Shown here: positions 60,474-64,000 of the stretch, piece after piece
How positions within the stretch are numbered: the stretch's first letter is position 1
How the letters are laid out: the number at the start of each line of letters is the position of its first letter
NCBI GenBank assembly: GCA_963667665.2
Contig: OY763927.2
Span: forward strand, 1,376,001 to 1,440,000
Direction of reading: 5' to 3'
Length of the DNA stretch: 64,000 bases
From: Nitrosopumilus sp.
Lineage (GTDB): Archaea > Thermoproteota > Nitrososphaeria > Nitrososphaerales > Nitrosopumilaceae
The notes under the pieces: model-generated
The model's input: the letters and a program-made list of their open reading frames with translations, nothing else
Told to the model about the DNA's origin: nothing
Database searches by the model: none
Program-made: the position numbers and the translations under genes

Positions 60474-61577
60474 ATGAATACAACAAGAGTGGAAGAAAAA
60501 AAGACAAAATTAAGAACAGGTTTCACTACTGGAAGCTCAGCAACTGCTGCGTCTAAATCTGCATTATTATCAATAATTAATCAGCAAAAAACTGAAAATG
60601 TGTCTATTAGATTACCTAAAGGAAGTTTTATCGATATTCCAATATATTCTTGTGAATTTGAATCCAATAAAGCAAAATGTTCTGTAATTAAAGATGGTGG
60701 AGATGATCCGGATGTCACTCATGGTGCAGAAATTATAGTAGAACTATCACTTACAGAAAAAGTAAATGAAATTGATATTGATGGAGGAGAAGGAGTAGGA
60801 ATAGTTACTAAACCTGGTTTAGGTTTAGAAATTAACAAACCTGCAATAAATCCAGTTCCTAAAAAAATGATTATTGAGAATTTAAGAGAAGTTGGAGAGA
60901 AAGCTCTTGTAAAAAATGGAATCAGAGTTATAATTTCAGTTCCTAAAGGAAGAGAGTTAGGACCTAAAACAGATAATCCAAGATTAGGAATTAAGAATGG
61001 AATTTCAATTTTAGGAACTAGTGGAATTGTTATTCCATTTTCTACAGCATCTTATGCTGCATCAATTAGACAGAATTTGGATGTAGCAATTGCAATGGGA
61101 AATGATACAGTAGTACTAACTACAGGTGGAAGAAGTGAAGATTTTGTAAAAAAAATAGTTGATTTACCAGAACATTGTTTTGTTCAGATGGGTGATTTTT
61201 CAGGATATACAATTCAACAGTGTGGTAAAAAAAATATCAAAAAAGCATATGTTGTTGGTTTTATCGGAAAACTTGCAAAGATGGCAGCAGGAGTAAAACA
61301 AACTCATGTTAAAGGTTCAAAAGTAGACATGAATTTTCTGGCAGAATTGGCAAGAAAATCAAATGCAACAGAATCAATAATTCAAAGTATTAGAAAAGCA
61401 AATACAGCAAGACATGTTTCTGAAATAATTCAGGAAAATAATGTTGTAGGATTTTTTGAGTTAATTTGTAGTGAGACGTATAAACATATGAGAAAACATT
61501 CAGAGGAAAAAGTTCCAATTGATGTTATATTGTTTGATTTTGATGAAAAGATTCTGGCTAGAAAATCAGAAGAGTAA
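60474..61577 (+). CDS. cbiD: Cobalt-precorrin-5B C1-methyltransferase
   Basis: LRTGFTTG, KDGGDDPDVTHG, GISILGTSGIV. Confidence 0.96.
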   Translation: MNTTRVEEKKTKLRTGFTTGSSATAASKSALLSIINQQKTENVSIRLPKGSFIDIPIYSCEFESNKAKCSVIKDGGDDPDVTHGAEIIVELSLTEKVNEIDIDGGEGVGIVTKPGLGLEINKPAINPVPKKMIIENLREVGEKALVKNGIRVIISVPKGRELGPKTDNPRLGIKNGISILGTSGIVIPFSTASYAASIRQNLDVAIAMGNDTVVLTTGGRSEDFVKKIVDLPEHCFVQMGDFSGYTIQQCGKKNIKKAYVVGFIGKLAKMAAGVKQTHVKGSKVDMNFLAELARKSNATESIIQSIRKANTARHVSEIIQENNVVGFFELICSETYKHMRKHSEEKVPIDVILFDFDEKILARKSEE

Positions 61578-61602
61578 GGTATTTTATGAAATTTAGAAAG
61601 TT

Positions 61603-62661
61603 TTGAGTATGGAAAAAACTGCAGTTCTTGCAATTACCAAAAATGGAGTCAATATAGGACAAAATCTAAAAAAACTATTTCCGGACTGGAATATTTTTGC
61701 ACCTGATAAATTCTCAAATGACGGCAATGAAATAACATGGTATTCTGAACCTACATCAGAAAAAATTATTGAACTTTTTAAAAATAATAATGCACTAATA
61801 TGCATATTTTCATTAGGTGCAGTAATTAGATTAATTGCACCACATTTGAAAGACAAAAAAACAGATCCAGCTGTAATTGTAATTGATGATAAAACAAATT
61901 TTGTAATTAGTGTATTATCTGGACATATTGGAGGAGCAAATGAGCTAACTCAAGAAATTGCAGAAAAAATAGGCGCTTTACCAGTAATAACTACTGCAGC
62001 TGATGTTAACAAAACTATAGCAGTGGATATGGTAGGAAGAGAATTTAATTGGAAAATTGATGATGATTCTACTGTAACTAAAATTAGTGCGCATATGGTA
62101 AATGAAGAACCTATTGGTGTTTTTCAAGAAGTAGGCAAAAAAAATTGGTATAGAAAATTGCCAAAAAATGTCTCAATTTATGATAGTTTAGAAGATTTGA
62201 AGAATTCAAATTCTAAAGCATATCTTATAATTTCTGATAAAATTATTGATAAGAATTTAGATAAAGAATCTGTAATATATCGTCCTCCAAGTTTAGTAAT
62301 TGGTATTGGATTACACTGGGATACTTCAAAGGAAACAATTAGTGAGGGAATTAAACATTGTTTAGAAAAATTCAAACTTAGTTCAAAATCAATTGCAAAA
62401 CTAGTATCAATAAAAAAACCACAAGATGTTCAAGGACTAATAGATATTGGAAAGGAAATGAACATTCCAGTAGAATATGTAAACAGAGAAGATTTATCAG
62501 AAATTTCTGCACCAAATCCTTCAGAAACTGTAAAAGCGTTTGAAGGAACTGCAAGTGTATCTGAAGCTGCAGCAATCAAAGTTTCTGATGGAGAATTAAT
62601 TGTAGAAAAACAGAAATTCCCACCAAATTTGACTATATCTATTGCGAGGATTATGAATTGA
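61603..62661 (+). CDS. cbiG: Cobalt-precorrin-5A hydrolase
   Basis: KTDPAVIVID, SGHIGGAN, VITTA, SVSEAAA. Confidence 0.94.
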   Translation: MSMEKTAVLAITKNGVNIGQNLKKLFPDWNIFAPDKFSNDGNEITWYSEPTSEKIIELFKNNNALICIFSLGAVIRLIAPHLKDKKTDPAVIVIDDKTNFVISVLSGHIGGANELTQEIAEKIGALPVITTAADVNKTIAVDMVGREFNWKIDDDSTVTKISAHMVNEEPIGVFQEVGKKNWYRKLPKNVSIYDSLEDLKNSNSKAYLIISDKIIDKNLDKESVIYRPPSLVIGIGLHWDTSKETISEGIKHCLEKFKLSSKSIAKLVSIKKPQDVQGLIDIGKEMNIPVEYVNREDLSEISAPNPSETVKAFEGTASVSEAAAIKVSDGELIVEKQKFPPNLTISIARIMN

Positions 62662-63410
62662 AGCGTGGATTATTAATTATTGACAGAGGAAGTAGAGAAA
62701 AAGAGGCATCTGAAGAATTAGAGGCTATTTGTGAGAGAATTAAGGCAAAAAGTGATTATGTATTCACAGATTTTTGTTTTCTAGAGGTAATTCCCCCATA
62801 TATTGAGGCTGGAATTACTAAGTGTCTCAAAGAAGATATTGATTCGTTAACTATAGTTCCATACTTTTTGTACCCTGGTAAAAAAGTGAAAAATGCAGTT
62901 ACTGATGTAATGAAGTTTCAAAAAGACACCAAAGTGAAATTTGTTGTTACAAAGCAAATGAGTATGCACAAAACTTTGGTAGATGTAGTTGAAAATAGAA
63001 TATCTACAACACTTAAAGAAAATCAAGTCACTCTTCCAAAAAAAGATGTAGATGTAATGATTATTGGACATGGTAGTAAAGATCCTAATGCACAAATGTC
63101 ACTAAACTACATAGTAAATGAACTAAAAGATTCCTATAGAAATGTAAGTCGGTGTTGGTTAGAAATTGAACAACCAGATATTTTTGAAGGAGTAAAAAAA
63201 TGTGAAAAAGATAATGCAGAAGTTCTAATAATTGTTTTTTATTTTCTCCATGAAGGAGCACATGTGAAAACGGATATCAATAATGATTTGACACCAGCCC
63301 TTGAAAATTCTAATCTGAAAAAAACATACATTACTAAACATTTAGGAGTAGATGAAAAAATGATAGATTTGATAATAGAGAGGGCAAAAGAGGTAGAAGA
63401 TGCAAACTGA
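62658..63410 (+). CDS. cbiX: Sirohydrochlorin cobaltochelatase (tandem CbiX domains)
   Basis: Two CbiX-like halves (VPYFLYPG; GHGS..FLHEGAH). Confidence 0.85.
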   Translation: MKRGLLIIDRGSREKEASEELEAICERIKAKSDYVFTDFCFLEVIPPYIEAGITKCLKEDIDSLTIVPYFLYPGKKVKNAVTDVMKFQKDTKVKFVVTKQMSMHKTLVDVVENRISTTLKENQVTLPKKDVDVMIIGHGSKDPNAQMSLNYIVNELKDSYRNVSRCWLEIEQPDIFEGVKKCEKDNAEVLIIVFYFLHEGAHVKTDINNDLTPALENSNLKKTYITKHLGVDEKMIDLIIERAKEVEDAN

Positions 63411-64000
63411 AAAAGGTCAATCAATTGAAGATGCAAGTATGCAGATGATTGAAGATGAAATTGGCTCACATCACTATAATGAAAAAGAATGGCCAATTGT
63501 TAGAAGAGTTATTCATTCTACAGCAGATTTTGATTTTGCAGGAAAAAATAAAATAATTTTTCACAAAGATGCAATTGAGAGTGCCATGAACGCTTTGAGA
63601 AATGGTTGTAGCATCATAGTTGATGTTAATGGAGTGATTGGAGGATTGAATAAGCAAAATCCAAAGGATTTTGGAAATAACATAGTTTGTAATATTTCAA
63701 ATCCAGAAATAATGGAATTGGCAAAAAAAGAAGGAAAAACACGCTCTCAAGTATGTATGAGGGCAGCCATATCTGATATTGATGGAGGAGTTGTAGCCAT
63801 AGGAAATGCGCCTACTGCCCTAATGGAGATTATTCAGATGGTAAAAGAAGGCATAGTAAAGCCTGCATTGATTATTGGAACTCCAGTAGGATTCATCTGT
63901 GCTGCAGAATCAAAAGAGGAATTATCAAAATTAGAAGGAGCGCCATTTATCACCAATATTGGAAGAAAAGGAGGAAGTTCATCAGCATCTGCCATAATTA
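63400..64000 (+). CDS. cbiC: Precorrin-8X methylmutase (CbiC/CobH), 3'-truncated by the window edge
   Basis: Manual translation MQTEKGQSIEDAS...RRVIHSTADFDF...AIGNAPTAL...GTPVGF..AAESK...GRKGGS. Confidence 0.93.
   Translation, partial: MQTEKGQSIEDASMQMIEDEIGSHHYNEKEWPIVRRVIHSTADFDFAGKNKIIFHKDAIESAMNALRNGCSIIVDVNGVIGGLNKQNPKDFGNNIVCNISNPEIMELAKKEGKTRSQVCMRAAISDIDGGVVAIGNAPTALMEIIQMVKEGIVKPALIIGTPVGFICAAESKEELSKLEGAPFITNIGRKGGSSSASAII

Noticed and set aside
8808-63657. Numerous 60-145 aa antisense or alternative-frame ORFs (e.g. 12317-12724, 26758-27159, 31834-32244, 40405-40842, 53425-53811, 61593-61856)
   Set aside because: Shadows of well-supported genes with no recognisable motifs

Overview
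AT-rich archaeal chromosome segment whose core genes (tes, GatDE, CDC48, Pelota, RPA, Lhr, Lsm, bacterial-type MetK, DnaK/J/GrpE, cbi genes, archaeal SRP RNA) fit a marine ammonia-oxidising thaumarchaeon (Nitrosopumilus-like; inferred from gene content, not from a search). Bases ~1-25,900 are a surface-glycan island. It carries a NeuB/KdsC/SpsF nonulosonate-type module, methyltransferases, a GDP-heptose operon (gmhB-hddC-gmhA-epimerase-hddA), and a phosphonate cassette (pepM, split ppd, Fe-ADH, PntC-like cytidylyltransferase, two Thr-nucleophile sulfatase-fold proteins, no mpnS in the window), plus a flippase and glycosyltransferases. The island's right end has a 413-bp direct repeat (tes 3' end + promoter + GT4 5' end) bracketing an excisable 3.4-kb module and creating a stand-alone 50-aa Tes-tail ORF. 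Bases ~25,900-64,000 are mostly housekeeping. They include tRNA-Leu(CAG), tRNA-Gln(TTG), SRP RNA, a C/D-box sRNA whose guide fits C34 of tRNA-Leu(CAA), three small ORFs missed by the ORF track, a 24-bp tandem repeat in dnaK, and a carbamoyltransferase/WecC pair beside tRNA-Gln.
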